A program made the position numbers and the translations under genes. The notes under the pieces are model-generated. The model worked only from the letters and a program-made list of their open reading frames with translations. It ran no database searches and was not told the DNA's origin. Positions 18,165 to 28,717 of a stretch of 64,000 nucleotides of DNA are shown one piece after another. This DNA is from Vulcanimicrobiota bacterium (GTDB lineage: Bacteria; Vulcanimicrobiota; Vulcanimicrobiia; Vulcanimicrobiales; Vulcanimicrobiaceae). The stretch lies in the NCBI GenBank assembly GCA_963833095.1, contig CAWHWQ010000005.1, positions 576,023 through 640,022 on the forward strand. Reading direction: 5' to 3'. How positions within the stretch are numbered: position 1 is the first letter of the stretch; the number at the start of each line of letters is the position of its first letter.

Positions 18165-19787
18165 ATGAGTAGCGACCGGAAACCGGAACTTCGGCGTTCC
18201 GTCACGCCCTGGGGTTCATTCTCGTGGGGGTATTCCGACGTCGGCGCCGACATCTTCGTCGGACTTGGCCTCGTGCTTGGTGCGGCGGCCGGCGCTTCGA
18301 ACGTCGCGTTCTTGTTCGCCGGCCTCGTCTACGTCTGCATTGGCCTTGCCTATACGGAGCTTGCCGCGACGTATCCGGTTGCCGGCGGCGGCCAATACTT
18401 CGTTTTGCGCGGCTTAGGCGACATCTTCGGCTTTATCGCCGGCTGGGCCGTCTTGCTCGACTTCACGATCGATATTGCGCTTTTTTCATGGAGCTGCGTC
18501 GACTACTTGAGCGAATTGCTGCCGCAGGTCGCAGCGCCGTTCCATCCTTGGTCGCACTTCATCCTCGTCGTCGGGCTCATCGTTGGTCTATGCGTCCTCA
18601 ACATCATCGGCGTTCGCGAATCGACCGCGTTCAACGGATTTGTGAGCGCGCTCGACGTGGTCAGCGAGACGGCGATTCTGTCGCTCGGCTTTCTTTTTGC
18701 CTTCAGTCCCAATCTACTCGTGCACACGATGCAAAGTAGTTGGCCTACGCCATTCGAGTTCATGAAGGGCATTTCGTTAGCCATCGTTTCCTTCGTGGGG
18801 CTTGAATCGATTTCGCAGGCTGCCGAAGAGACGCAGCGCCCCGCGTCGGTCATTCCGCGGACATCGACGGCACTGATCTTAACGATCCTCATCTTTGCGC
18901 TCGCGTATGCAAATCTGGCACTGGGTATGCACACCTGGCATCCGATTCCGCTGGATGCGCACGGGCATCAGCAAATGCTCTGGCAATGGCTAGGCAACAA
19001 CGATAACAACGGTAAGGCGGTCGCGCTGATCGCGCGAAACGTCCCCTACTGGGGTGCGATTGCAGCCTTCTACGTTCCGGTACTCGGGGCGATTCTGCTG
19101 CTCATCTCGTCTAATTCCGGTGTCTTCGGCAGCTCGCGCATCGCTTACGCTATGGCCTCCGGGGGTCTTCTGCCCTCGATCTTCCAACGCGTGCACGCGC
19201 GCTATCGGACCCCGATGATCTCACTCCTGGTCTTCACCGCCGTCGCCTTGATCGAAGTGATCTTTGCCGCGTTGCCGTCACTTAGCCCCACGATGGCGGC
19301 GCTCTACGCGAAACACTTCAACGGTGAGAGCGGCATTGATTTCCTCGGCGACCTTTACGCTTTCGGCGCAGCGACCAGCTACTCGTTTGTGTTTGTTGCG
19401 CTCGTCGCCCTTCGCCTCACCGATCCGTTGAGTCCGCGCAAGTTCAAAATTCCGGTCAACATCCCCATGAGATTCCGCGGCGAGCGCGTGGAGTTTCCCG
19501 TTGTCGCCGTCATCGGCTTCATCGGCATGACCGCGATCCTCATCTTTACCTTGATCACCCATCCGATCGGCCGAATCGCAGGACCAGCATGGATCATCTT
19601 CGGCACCGCGCTTTACTTCATCTATCGTAAACGCAAGCGCCTCCCGCTCTTCCGCTCGCGCAAACGCGACTGGCGCGGCGAACAAATCGAAATCTTGCGT
19701 CGCGCCGGCGAACTCGAACTCATGGACGAATACGTCGCGAACGTTCGTGCGAGCGATGAGCGCCGCACCGGAACAGCAGAGAGCTGA
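18165..19787 (+). CDS. APC-superfamily permease
   Basis: About 12 TM segments; LAYTELAATYPVAGG, SFVGLESI, SRIAYAMA, H.RYRTP. Confidence 0.88.
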   Translation: MSSDRKPELRRSVTPWGSFSWGYSDVGADIFVGLGLVLGAAAGASNVAFLFAGLVYVCIGLAYTELAATYPVAGGGQYFVLRGLGDIFGFIAGWAVLLDFTIDIALFSWSCVDYLSELLPQVAAPFHPWSHFILVVGLIVGLCVLNIIGVRESTAFNGFVSALDVVSETAILSLGFLFAFSPNLLVHTMQSSWPTPFEFMKGISLAIVSFVGLESISQAAEETQRPASVIPRTSTALILTILIFALAYANLALGMHTWHPIPLDAHGHQQMLWQWLGNNDNNGKAVALIARNVPYWGAIAAFYVPVLGAILLLISSNSGVFGSSRIAYAMASGGLLPSIFQRVHARYRTPMISLLVFTAVALIEVIFAALPSLSPTMAALYAKHFNGESGIDFLGDLYAFGAATSYSFVFVALVALRLTDPLSPRKFKIPVNIPMRFRGERVEFPVVAVIGFIGMTAILIFTLITHPIGRIAGPAWIIFGTALYFIYRKRKRLPLFRSRKRDWRGEQIEILRRAGELELMDEYVANVRASDERRTGTAES

Positions 19788-19791
19788 TCGC

Positions 19792-19971
19792 ATGCGGATA
19801 ATTCGCACGATCCTTTCGCTCGGGATGATCGTCGTCGGTGTCATCGTCGTCGCACAGATGGCCCGCTATCCCATCTCGGCGAGTTTTACGGGCATCATCT
19901 TGGGGCTTGCAATGATCGCGCTTGGGACGATTCGCTTGCGCGCGCTATACGGAAAAAGCGGGCGCGCGTGA
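19792..19971 (+). CDS. 59-aa two-TM microprotein
   Basis: Two hydrophobic helices; 4 nt after the APC stop, GTGA overlap with the next gene. Confidence 0.7.
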   Translation: MRIIRTILSLGMIVVGVIVVAQMARYPISASFTGIILGLAMIALGTIRLRALYGKSGRA

Positions 19972-20597
19972 TTTACGAAAGCGGCACCGTTCACATGACG
20001 CTCGCCGGCGCCATCATCGCCATCCTGATCCTAGCCGCCATCAGCTCGACGATCTGGTGGATGCTGCATCCACCTTCCTCGTTCATCCAGAAGCTCGCGA
20101 GAGAGGCGGCGACCGAACTCGTACGCATGGTCGGATCGATCGTGGTCGTGTTCTCTCCGGATATTCTTTCCAGCCATATGATGGCGTTGGCCGCCAAGCT
20201 TGCCCGCGGCGAACGCTCGGAGCTTCTCGCAATCTATGTCATCGAGGTGCCCTACTCGTTGCCGCCGGATGCCGACATGCCCCTCGAGGAGCGGGCCGCG
20301 CTCGATGCGCTCGGCGCGGCGGAATCAATCGCAGGCGCAAGCGGCGTCTCGCTGCGCACGGAGATCATTAAATCACGATCCACCAAACAGGCGGTACTCG
20401 ACCTGGCCAAGCGCGAAAGAGCTAACCTCATCATCCTTGGATCGTTCCGAGAGGGGAAGTACACCGGCGCACCGCTCGGCCGCACGATCGAAGAGATCGC
20501 TGCCGACGCTAAGTGCGACGTGCTCATCGGCGTCGAAGGCAAACACGGTACGCTCCTTTACGAAGAACCCGGCCAAGCAGGCACGCCCAACACATAA
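19968..20597 (+). CDS. Membrane-anchored universal stress protein (USP domain)
   Basis: N-terminal TM; AIYVIEVP, ANLIILG, LGRTIEEIAADAKCDVLI. Confidence 0.8.
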   Translation: MIYESGTVHMTLAGAIIAILILAAISSTIWWMLHPPSSFIQKLAREAATELVRMVGSIVVVFSPDILSSHMMALAAKLARGERSELLAIYVIEVPYSLPPDADMPLEERAALDALGAAESIAGASGVSLRTEIIKSRSTKQAVLDLAKRERANLIILGSFREGKYTGAPLGRTIEEIAADAKCDVLIGVEGKHGTLLYEEPGQAGTPNT

Positions 20598-20608
20598 TCG
20601 GAGGATTC

Positions 20609-21277
20609 ATGCACAAACGCTATCTCGCACTCGCCCTGGTCTCGGCCGCGTTCGTCGTGCTCGCAGCCCCGCACGCCGCGCGCGCGGCGCAAACGGCGCC
20701 GGCAATCGATGCCTTCAACGCATCGTTCGCGCAAGTAACCTCATACACGTATAAGCTGCACTCGCACGAGGTCAAGGGCACCGACGTGCAAGATCGCGTC
20801 TACGACTACTCGTTCATGAAGCCGCACTTTGCTAAGACGCTGATCGAATCGGGCGATAGCAAAGGCTCGGGCGGCGTATGGGCCGGTGGCGATCAAGTCA
20901 GCGGCCATCAGGGCGGCTTCCTCTCCGGCATTCATTTGAAAGTCGATTTGCACGACCATCGCGCCGTCTCGCTGCGCGGCTACACGATCCCCGATGGTCT
21001 CCCGCAAAACATTGTGGCGCGGTACGCCGACATCAAGGGCGAACTCACGCAAGCCCCGGGCGGCCCAATTGGCGGGGTCAATACGGATTTGCTCGATCTC
21101 AAAGTTGCGGATCCGTCAAGCAACGGCGGCGTGAGCGAGCAGAAGCTCTATCTCTCGCAAGCGACGCATTGGCCGCTGCGCGAGATCTTCTACGCCGGCA
21201 ATCAAGTCGTGCTCGACCAATCGTTCACCGACTACAACCTCAACGCGAACCTCACGCAAAACGACTTCCCGTTCTAG
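20609..21277 (+). CDS. Secreted LolA/DUF1571-like protein
   Basis: Sec signal ending ARA; C-terminal LYLSQATHWPLR...FTDYNLNANL...F pattern resembles the LolA fold. Confidence 0.55.
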   Translation: MHKRYLALALVSAAFVVLAAPHAARAAQTAPAIDAFNASFAQVTSYTYKLHSHEVKGTDVQDRVYDYSFMKPHFAKTLIESGDSKGSGGVWAGGDQVSGHQGGFLSGIHLKVDLHDHRAVSLRGYTIPDGLPQNIVARYADIKGELTQAPGGPIGGVNTDLLDLKVADPSSNGGVSEQKLYLSQATHWPLREIFYAGNQVVLDQSFTDYNLNANLTQNDFPF

Positions 21278-21311
21278 ATCGCACGGGCTGCGGCTCCGCT
21301 CGAAGACGCTC

Positions 21312-21336
21312 GAAAGGCCGCATCGTGCGGCCTTTC
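21312..21336 (+). terminator. Intrinsic terminator-like hairpin
   Basis: GAAAGGCCGCA-TCG-TGCGGCCTTTC perfect 11 bp stem. Confidence 0.6.
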
Positions 21337-21455
21337 TGCTTGGACGCTTTTCGCGCCGGGCAAGCCTTGAAGATCACATCCTGTGATAGCGCGAAAAGTC
21401 GTACACTTCTTGCGGAACCTCACCCGCCCTCGTCTCGCGCTTGACCGCTCGTATC

Positions 21456-22178
21456 ATGAAAGGTTTTTCGTTGATGTCGCTGCTCAAGTCTGGAGTGCTT
21501 ACCGTTGCGTCGGCCTATCCCGATCCGCCCTTCGACGTCAGCGTGGGCGACTTTCGCAGCGGCTTCGACATCGAACTGATGCGGCACATCTGCACGGGGC
21601 TGGACGTACGCCTGCAGACGGTCGCGTACACCGGCAGCAACTTCAACGGCATCTTCGACGGCCTCACGCATCGCGAGTACGACGCGGTCATCTCGGGCAC
21701 AACGATCACGCCCGATCGTTCGCAGATCGTGCTCTTCTCGCAGCCGTACCTCGAGTTCGGGCAAGGCGTCGCCCTCAACCGCGCCGTCCATCCGCACGCG
21801 CGCACGGCGAGCGATTTGAAGGGTCTTATCGCAGGCATTCAGCAGGGCAATACATCCGAAATCCCCGCGCGCAAGCTCGTCGCCGAAGGCATTCTCGCCT
21901 CGATCCGGTTCTATCCGTACGACGGCATCTTGGACGCGCTGGGCGATCTCGAAGCCAACCGGATCGGCTGCATCATCAAGTTGCACCCGGTTATCACCGA
22001 ACTCGTCAAAACTCGGCCAGAACTCTACGTGCCACTCGAGATTCCCACCCACGAAAAGCTCGGCATCGCCTTTGCAAAGGACAATACGCGATTGTGCGAC
22101 GCCGTGAATGCAGCGCTCAATACGCTGACGCAAAACGGCACGATGGATGCGCTCAAACAGCGCTGGCTTACGCCTTAG
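21456..22178 (+). CDS. Polar amino-acid ABC substrate-binding-type protein (SBP family 3)
   Basis: PPF...GFDIEL, YDAVISGTTITPDR..VLFSQPY, GIAFAK. Confidence 0.85.
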   Translation: MKGFSLMSLLKSGVLTVASAYPDPPFDVSVGDFRSGFDIELMRHICTGLDVRLQTVAYTGSNFNGIFDGLTHREYDAVISGTTITPDRSQIVLFSQPYLEFGQGVALNRAVHPHARTASDLKGLIAGIQQGNTSEIPARKLVAEGILASIRFYPYDGILDALGDLEANRIGCIIKLHPVITELVKTRPELYVPLEIPTHEKLGIAFAKDNTRLCDAVNAALNTLTQNGTMDALKQRWLTP

Positions 22179-23139
22179 CCAAATATCGCTTGCGTAGTTC
22201 GTCGAGGACGACCGCGAGGAGGATCACGACGCCCAACACGACCTTTTGCAAGTACGAGTCGACGTGAATCAAGTTCATCGCGTTGTACAGTAAACCGATG
22301 AGCAGCGCACCGAAGAACGTGCCCAGAATCGAGCCCTGGCCGCCCATGAGGCTCGTGCCGCCGACGACGACCGCGGCGATCGCTTCGAGCAGCTCGTCGT
22401 GCGTGCCGGTATCGGGTGAGCCCGACGAGAAGCGCGCCATGTACAGAAACCCGACGACGGCCGCGCACATGCCGCTAATCACATACACCATCGTCTTGAC
22501 GCGCGCGGTCGCGATGCCGGCGAGACGAGCCGCTTCTTCGTTGCCGCCGATGGCGACGACATAGCGCCCGAATCGCGTTCGCGTGAGCAGGACCGACGCG
22601 ATCGCCACGACGACGACCATCCAGATCACGGGAATCGGCAAGCCAAACACCGAGCCGGTGCCAATCGACGAAAAGACCGCGTTATTGACCGCAACCGGTT
22701 GGCCACCCGAGAAGATATACGAAAGCCCAAGCGTCACTTCGAGCATCGCGAACGTCGTGATAAACGGCGGCAGATTGAGTTTAACGACCGGCAACGCGTT
22801 GATCCAGCCCGCAGCGGCGCCGACGCCCAGGCCGGCAAGTAGCGTTACAAGCACGAGCGGCGCGCCGTCAAACGGCAAGTGATTCGCGACTTGCGCCATG
22901 ACGACGCCGGTCAGCGCCACCAGCGAACCGATCGAGAGATCGATCCCGGCGGTAATGATGACGAATGTTTGTCCCACCCCGAGAATACAGTTATAGGAGA
23001 TCTGCTCGAGGACGGTGACCAGGTTGCGCGGATTCAGAAATTGGCCCTTCGCCGCCATGTTGATAACCGTCATGAAGAGCGCAACGACGATCACCAAGAT
23101 CGTGTTGCGCAGCCAGAGGTTCTTCAAAACTGCGCTCAT
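22168..23139 (-). CDS. rbsC: Ribose-type sugar ABC transporter permease
   Basis: GQTFVIITAGIDLSIG, LPPFITT, TRFGRYVVAIGGNEEAARLAGI, EAIAAVVVGGTSL.GG; substrate not certain. Confidence 0.85.
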   Translation of the reverse strand: MSAVLKNLWLRNTILVIVVALFMTVINMAAKGQFLNPRNLVTVLEQISYNCILGVGQTFVIITAGIDLSIGSLVALTGVVMAQVANHLPFDGAPLVLVTLLAGLGVGAAAGWINALPVVKLNLPPFITTFAMLEVTLGLSYIFSGGQPVAVNNAVFSSIGTGSVFGLPIPVIWMVVVVAIASVLLTRTRFGRYVVAIGGNEEAARLAGIATARVKTMVYVISGMCAAVVGFLYMARFSSGSPDTGTHDELLEAIAAVVVGGTSLMGGQGSILGTFFGALLIGLLYNAMNLIHVDSYLQKVVLGVVILLAVVLDELRKRYLAKA

Positions 23140-24642
23140 GCGGCGGCTCCGGTTGCGGCCGCAATGACGGCGTCGGGAGTGGCAGCATCCCGGCTGAATT
23201 CGCGAACGATGCGCCCGTCGCGAACCACGAGGACACGGTGCGACATACCCAGCACCTCGGGCAGTTCGCTGGATACCATGACGATGGCGGCTCCATTCTC
23301 GAGCAAAGTCTTCATCAGCGCGTAAATCTCGGACTTGGCGCCGACGTCGATGCCGCGCGTGGGCTCATCGAACAGAAACACACGGGCTTGGCCCAACAAC
23401 CATTTTGCCAGCACCACTTTTTGTTGATTTCCGCCCGAGAGATTGCGCACGAGCTGAGTCGAGCTAGGCGTGCGTACATGCAATTCCTCGATCATCCTGC
23501 GCGCGCTCTCCTCCTCGCGCGAACGCGAGATGAGATGCTCGCGATTGACGAACTGCGCGAGATGCGCCAGGGTGATGTTTTCACGCACGTTCATGCCCAG
23601 CACGAGGCCCTGGCCTTTTCGGTCTTCGGTAATAAACGCAATCCCGGCCTCGATGCCGTCGTGAGGCGATCGAATGAGAGCGCGTCTGCCGCTGATTGTG
23701 ATAACGCCGGCGTCGGGAATATCGGCACCCGCAATCGCGCGCACGATCTCGGTGCGTCCCGCACCAATCAATCCGGCAAGTCCGACGATCTCACCCGCGC
23801 GCACCGAGAAGTTGATGTGCGCAATCGCCGGATCGCGCGAAAGATCGTGCACGTCGAGCACGACCGGGGCGTCGGGCTTCACCGGATCGAGCGCCGGAAA
23901 ATGCGCATCGAGCGGCCGTCCAACCATCGCTCGGATGACGTCGGCAGGCGAAAACTCCAACGCGCTGCGCGTCTCGACGACCGATCCGTCACGCAGCACC
24001 GTGATGCGGTCGGCGATCTTAGGCAACTCTTCCATCCGATGCGAGATGTAGATGATGCCGGCACCGCCGGCTTTCAGGCGCGCGATCAGCGCGAAGAGCG
24101 CATCGATTTCCCGGTCGGTGAGCGCGGCGGTCGGCTCGTCCATCACGATGATCCGAGCGTGTCGCGAAAGCGCCTTCGTGATCTCGATCAGTTGCTGTTG
24201 CGCGACGGAAAGACGGCTCGCCGGGCGATCGAGCGGCAGTTCGATTCCGAGCTCCTGGAGGACGGCGCTTGCGTGGCGGACCGCCTCACGCTCGTCAAGC
24301 ATCAGTCCGCGAACCGGTTCGTTACCGAGCATAATGTTCTGCAGCGCGTTGAGTTGCGGGACGAGATTGAATTCCTGGTAGATCATCCCGACGCCGAGTC
24401 GCTCCGCATCATGCGGCGATGCAATCTGCACCTCGGTTCCATCGATCGCGATGCTCCCGCGATCGGCGCGTTGCGCGCCCGCGAGGATCTTCATCAACGT
24501 CGATTTACCGGCACCGTTTTCGCCGACCAGCGCCAACACTTCACCGGCGTTCAGCGTCAACGAGACGTCGCAAAGCGCGCGAACACCGGGAAATGACTTC
24601 CCGATGCCGCGCATCTCGCAGGAGCGGAACGCTTGAATTCAA
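23136..24642 (-). CDS. rbsA: Ribose-type sugar ABC ATPase (one extra base near 24619 separates the first few codons)
   Basis: GENGAGKSTLMK, MDEPTA, LSGGNQQK, DEPTRGIDVGAK; TTG 24642 overlapping the rbsB stop gives ..VPLL-EMRGIGK after removing one base. Confidence 0.88.
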
Positions 24643-25583
24643 CGCGTGTAGGTGCCGACCGGAACATGCACGACCGCCGGCGGAGTTTTGCCCGCGAAAT
24701 AGTCGTGGATCGTGTCGATCGTCAGCGCGCCGATCTTGTCGGGATACTGAATCGCATCACCGTACATCGTTCCGGCTTTAATAGCTGCTTGCGCTTCGGG
24801 CGTCGCGTCGTACCCGACGACGGCGATCTTGCCGGTCGCGCCGGCCGCTTTGATTGCGCTTACCGCACCCAGCGCCGAGTCGTCGTTGATCCCGAACACA
24901 CCTTTGACGTTGGGATTGGACTGCAGCACGTCGCCCATCGAACTATCGGCTTTGGAACGTTCGCCGCCCGCATCGATGTCGGCTACGATCGTCACACCAG
25001 GACAATCGGCTTTGATCCCGGCCTTAAATCCTTTCACGCGATCCTGCACGCTGGTCACTTCGGGCTCGTCGAGAATCGCGACCGTGCCGCTCGTGCCGAC
25101 TGCCTTGCAAATGAGCTTTGCCGCTTGCATACCGCCTTGCACGTTATCGCTCGCGATGTGTGAGACAACTGTTCCTTGTTTGCTCGTGCTGGCGATGTCG
25201 GCGGTGAAGACCGGAATATGCGCGTTGTTGGCCTCGACAATCGCGCTGCCGATCGCCGTCGAGTCATACGGTGTCAGCACGATCGCATCGACCTTGCTCG
25301 AAATAAAATCCTCGACCTGGCTCTGCTGCTTCGCGTTGTCGCGATTCGCGTCGACAACGACCAGCGTGTAGCCGTATTTTGCCGCCTCCGCCTTCATGCC
25401 GCTCTCCATGCTTTGGTAGAACTGCGCTTCACGATTTTGAATCGAAACGCCAATCGTTTTACCGCCGGTGGCCGAAGACGACGCGGGCGCGGATGAGGCA
25501 CTTGAATTCGAGGACGATCCCGAGTTCGAACATGCGGCGAGCACGGCGCACAGTGCTGCACAGAGCAGGCGGAATGATTTCAA
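24639..25583 (-). CDS. rbsB: Sugar ABC transporter substrate-binding lipoprotein
   Basis: Lipobox VLAAC, S-rich linker, VDAIVLTP, IASDNVQGG, INDDSALGA, VVGYD; AAGGAG SD. Confidence 0.85.
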   Translation of the reverse strand: MKSFRLLCAALCAVLAACSNSGSSSNSSASSAPASSSATGGKTIGVSIQNREAQFYQSMESGMKAEAAKYGYTLVVVDANRDNAKQQSQVEDFISSKVDAIVLTPYDSTAIGSAIVEANNAHIPVFTADIASTSKQGTVVSHIASDNVQGGMQAAKLICKAVGTSGTVAILDEPEVTSVQDRVKGFKAGIKADCPGVTIVADIDAGGERSKADSSMGDVLQSNPNVKGVFGINDDSALGAVSAIKAAGATGKIAVVGYDATPEAQAAIKAGTMYGDAIQYPDKIGALTIDTIHDYFAGKTPPAVVHVPVGTYTR

Positions 25584-25594
25584 CGTGGTCTCCT

Positions 25595-26185
25595 TCAGGT
25601 AAGGTACGGAACCTTGACGGGCGGACACTTTCGCACAGCATTCGGCTGTTCATCGCGCTTGGAGTCGAAAAACCAGCAGTCGCCCAACACCGAGCAGTAA
25701 CAAATCTGAATCCCGATGTGGAAGCGAGCCGCGTCGATCGAGGCATACTCGCGCGGAGCGGTTTTACCCGGAAGCATCACGATGAACGGCATATCCTCGT
25801 GCGCCATGATGACGCTGTCGCGGACCGTTGACGACAAAATCCCGGGATGATGTATCTCGGGCAGGTCGCAGCATGCGAACAGCAGGTCGCGAAGGCTCGA
25901 GTAAGGGTGGCCGTTATATTCGACGGCGAACGTGCGGACGATTGCCGGGCCGACACCGGCGTTGCGGAGCTCGAAGGCGAGCCGCTTGTCGCCATTCTGC
26001 GTCGCGTCGCTCGAGAAGTACTCGACGTAGGGCCACACGCTGGCTTGGAGCAGTTGTTCTTGCGTGCGGTCCGCTCGCAATGCTACCCAAAGCGAGGCGA
26101 CCGAGATGATGATTGCGCTGAGCCCAACGATCAGATCGAGGACGGGCAGGCCGGAACGATGGGGTCGATCGGGGCTCTCAGGCAT
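25595..26185 (-). CDS. Hypothetical single-TM protein
   Basis: TM LIVGLSAIIISVASLWV, N.GVGPAIV, C-terminal CYCSVLGDCW. Confidence 0.7.
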   Translation of the reverse strand: MPESPDRPHRSGLPVLDLIVGLSAIIISVASLWVALRADRTQEQLLQASVWPYVEYFSSDATQNGDKRLAFELRNAGVGPAIVRTFAVEYNGHPYSSLRDLLFACCDLPEIHHPGILSSTVRDSVIMAHEDMPFIVMLPGKTAPREYASIDAARFHIGIQICYCSVLGDCWFFDSKRDEQPNAVRKCPPVKVPYLT

Positions 26186-26242
26186 TGGTTGCCCGTTTTT
26201 CCGCGCTGGGACGTCGCCCCTCGTTGTCCACAATCAGCGACC

Positions 26243-28024
26243 TTAGCCTTGTGCAATCTGTGGAGAAGACTTACGAACCAGGTGAATCAGACCAGCCGCA
26301 GCGCTCGCGGCGACCAGCCCCCATATCACTCCTGGACCCGGCTTTCCATACACGAAGGAACCCGTGGAAAAGAGCACGCCGTAGATCGCGGCAAGGCCAA
26401 GCACCCAACATCCGAGCGCTTGGGCCGGTGAGTCAGGCGAGGGTGGCAAACCGGCCGCATCACGGACGCGACGCCAGCCAGGGCCGGCCGGGCGCACCTT
26501 AGCATAGAAGCCGGCCAAGGTCTGCGGATCGTCGGCTGGGGTAAGAAATGTGACCAGCAGCCAGACGGCGCTGGTGACGAGCACGGTGACGAGCAACACC
26601 GTGGTGCTACTCGCCCCATGGCCGAATTTCCCGGCAACAAAGAATCCAAGCGAAACGACAAATGAGACGCACATTGCGCTGATCTCACTCCAGGCGTTGA
26701 TACGCCACCAGAACCAACGCAGCAGATAGATCAGCCCTGTCCCGGCACCGATCGAGATCAACAGCTGGAACGCATCTTTTGCGGTGTCGAGCAGAAAGGT
26801 GACGCCGACACCAACGACCATGAGTAGCACCGTGACAAGACGGCCAACGAAGACGTAGTGATGTTCGTCGGCGTCGCGGCGAATGATACGCCGGTAGAAA
26901 TCGTGCACGAGATAGGACGTACCCCAGTTGAGGTGCGTTTCGATCGTCGAGCGGTACGCTGCAAACATGCCCGCAACCATGAAGCCGGCAAACCCGGCCG
27001 GCAGAAAGACCAGCATCGCGGGGTACGCGATGTCGTTGCCCAGCAACGCCGGCGAGACATACGGGAAGCGCGCGTGGATGTCGCCGAGCGTGGGGTAGAC
27101 GATCGTCGAAGCGAGCGCGACGACGATCCAGGGCCACGGACGCAGCGCATAATGCATCGCCTGGAACATGAACGTGCCAAACAGCGCGTCGTTCTCGCTG
27201 CGCGCTGCCAACATGCGCTGCGCGACGTAGCTGCCACCGCCGGGTTCTGAGCCGGGATACCACGCGGACCACCATTGCACGGTAAGCGGAATAACGAAGA
27301 TCCCAAGCGCGGTCGGCCAATCGCTAAAGTCCGGAAGAATCGAAAGAAGGTGCGGATGCGCAGCTGCGACGCGCGCGACCATCGCATGAAGTCCGCCGAC
27401 GCCCGGCGCGTGCACCGCGTAGTAGGCGGCAGCAAACGCGGCGGTTATCGTGATGCAGAACTGGATCGTGTCGGTCACCATTACGCCCCATAGGCCGGCC
27501 GCCGCGGCAAAAATGATCGGCACGATCGCGCAGAACAACAGCGTTTCCCAGCGTGGCCAGCCGAACAAGACATTCGCGATCTTGACCGCCGCGAGGTTGA
27601 CGCTTGCAATGATGAAGCAGTTGAAAAATAGCCCCAAATAGAGCGCGCGAACCCAGCGTACGGTCGTTGCGGCTTTTCCCGAGTAGCGCAGCTCGTAGAA
27701 TTCCAAGTCGGTCAGCACGCCGCTGCGCCGCCAAAGGCGCGCATAAAAAAACACGGTCGCCATGCCGGTGAGGAGAAACGACCACCAGACCCAATTCTCC
27801 GCGACGCCGCCGTCGCGGACGAGATTGGTCACGAGATTCGGCGTGTCGGTAGAAAACGTGGTCGCGACCAGCGAGATGCCGATGAGCCACCACGGCGCAT
27901 TACGCCCAGCAGCGAAAAACTCGGTCGTGTTTTTGCCCGCGCGCCGCGCCAGTACAATCGCCGGAATAAACGTGATCCCCAGCGAGACAACGACGATCCA
28001 CCAGTCGAGCGCGGTAAGATGCAC
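26243..28024 (-). CDS. Sodium:solute symporter (SSS) family protein
   Basis: FFAAGRNAPWW, SLVATTFSTDTP, GLWGVMVTD, YVAQRMLAAR; multi-TM. Confidence 0.9.
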   Translation of the reverse strand: MHLTALDWWIVVVSLGITFIPAIVLARRAGKNTTEFFAAGRNAPWWLIGISLVATTFSTDTPNLVTNLVRDGGVAENWVWWSFLLTGMATVFFYARLWRRSGVLTDLEFYELRYSGKAATTVRWVRALYLGLFFNCFIIASVNLAAVKIANVLFGWPRWETLLFCAIVPIIFAAAAGLWGVMVTDTIQFCITITAAFAAAYYAVHAPGVGGLHAMVARVAAAHPHLLSILPDFSDWPTALGIFVIPLTVQWWSAWYPGSEPGGGSYVAQRMLAARSENDALFGTFMFQAMHYALRPWPWIVVALASTIVYPTLGDIHARFPYVSPALLGNDIAYPAMLVFLPAGFAGFMVAGMFAAYRSTIETHLNWGTSYLVHDFYRRIIRRDADEHHYVFVGRLVTVLLMVVGVGVTFLLDTAKDAFQLLISIGAGTGLIYLLRWFWWRINAWSEISAMCVSFVVSLGFFVAGKFGHGASSTTVLLVTVLVTSAVWLLVTFLTPADDPQTLAGFYAKVRPAGPGWRRVRDAAGLPPSPDSPAQALGCWVLGLAAIYGVLFSTGSFVYGKPGPGVIWGLVAASAAAGLIHLVRKSSPQIAQG

Positions 28025-28027
28025 GCG

Positions 28028-28679
28028 TTAGTCGGGAAGCAACGCGAACGTGACGGTGCGATCCGCCTCGCGATGATTGGTCCAGAAGCGGCTCCCGTCC
28101 CACGCAAGACCACGCGCGCGAAACGGCACGCTTGCGATGTCCTGCGCGCTGCCATTGCGCAGATCGAGCCGCGAGAGATAGTACTCCTCGGTGTCCTCGT
28201 CGTCGGTCCCGAGCAGACATCGCCATATCCTCGATCACTGCGACGCCGCAGATCTCATGTGGCGCTTTCCACTCGGTAGCGATGGTGCCGTCGTCGTTAA
28301 GAAGCAGCAAACGCTTGTTGTACCATTGCCCCAGCAACACGCGCCCACCGTAGAGCGCGAGGTGCGAGCCGGTATCCTCGGGGCACTCGATCACGATGTC
28401 GTCGAAGCCGTCGCCCGGAATATAACGGTGCACACGGCGGTCGTCGTCGTCGCCTTCGCCGCACGTCATCACGACGGCGCCGCCGCCGTAGTTCATTCCC
28501 CAAGGCATGCCCGGCGTTTCGATTTCCCCCGTCTTGCGCCACCCGTCGCGGTCCATCACATCGATCCGCCGGGTCGCCCGCGAAGCGATCCAAACCTCTT
28601 TGCCCCGAAGCACGGCCACCGAGTGCGGCTCCGGCGAGGCGGAGACGAAGCGGTCGATTTCGACGATCGGCTTGAGCAT
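28028..28679 (-). CDS. Beta-propeller-like hypothetical protein (one extra base near 28218)
   Basis: Repeated short-strand pattern; continues in another frame as LLGTDDEDTEEYYL...RGLAWDGSRFWTNH to TAA at 28028. Confidence 0.6.
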
Positions 28680-28717
28680 GAAGGCGCAGGTTCTCGGCTC
28701 GACAAACAAGCTCCGCC

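Noticed and set aside
23238..24596. Long antisense ORFs (this 452-aa one, also 121-1206 and 4720-5721)
   Set aside because: They mirror well-supported genes on the other strand, have no motifs and are expected in high-GC DNA.
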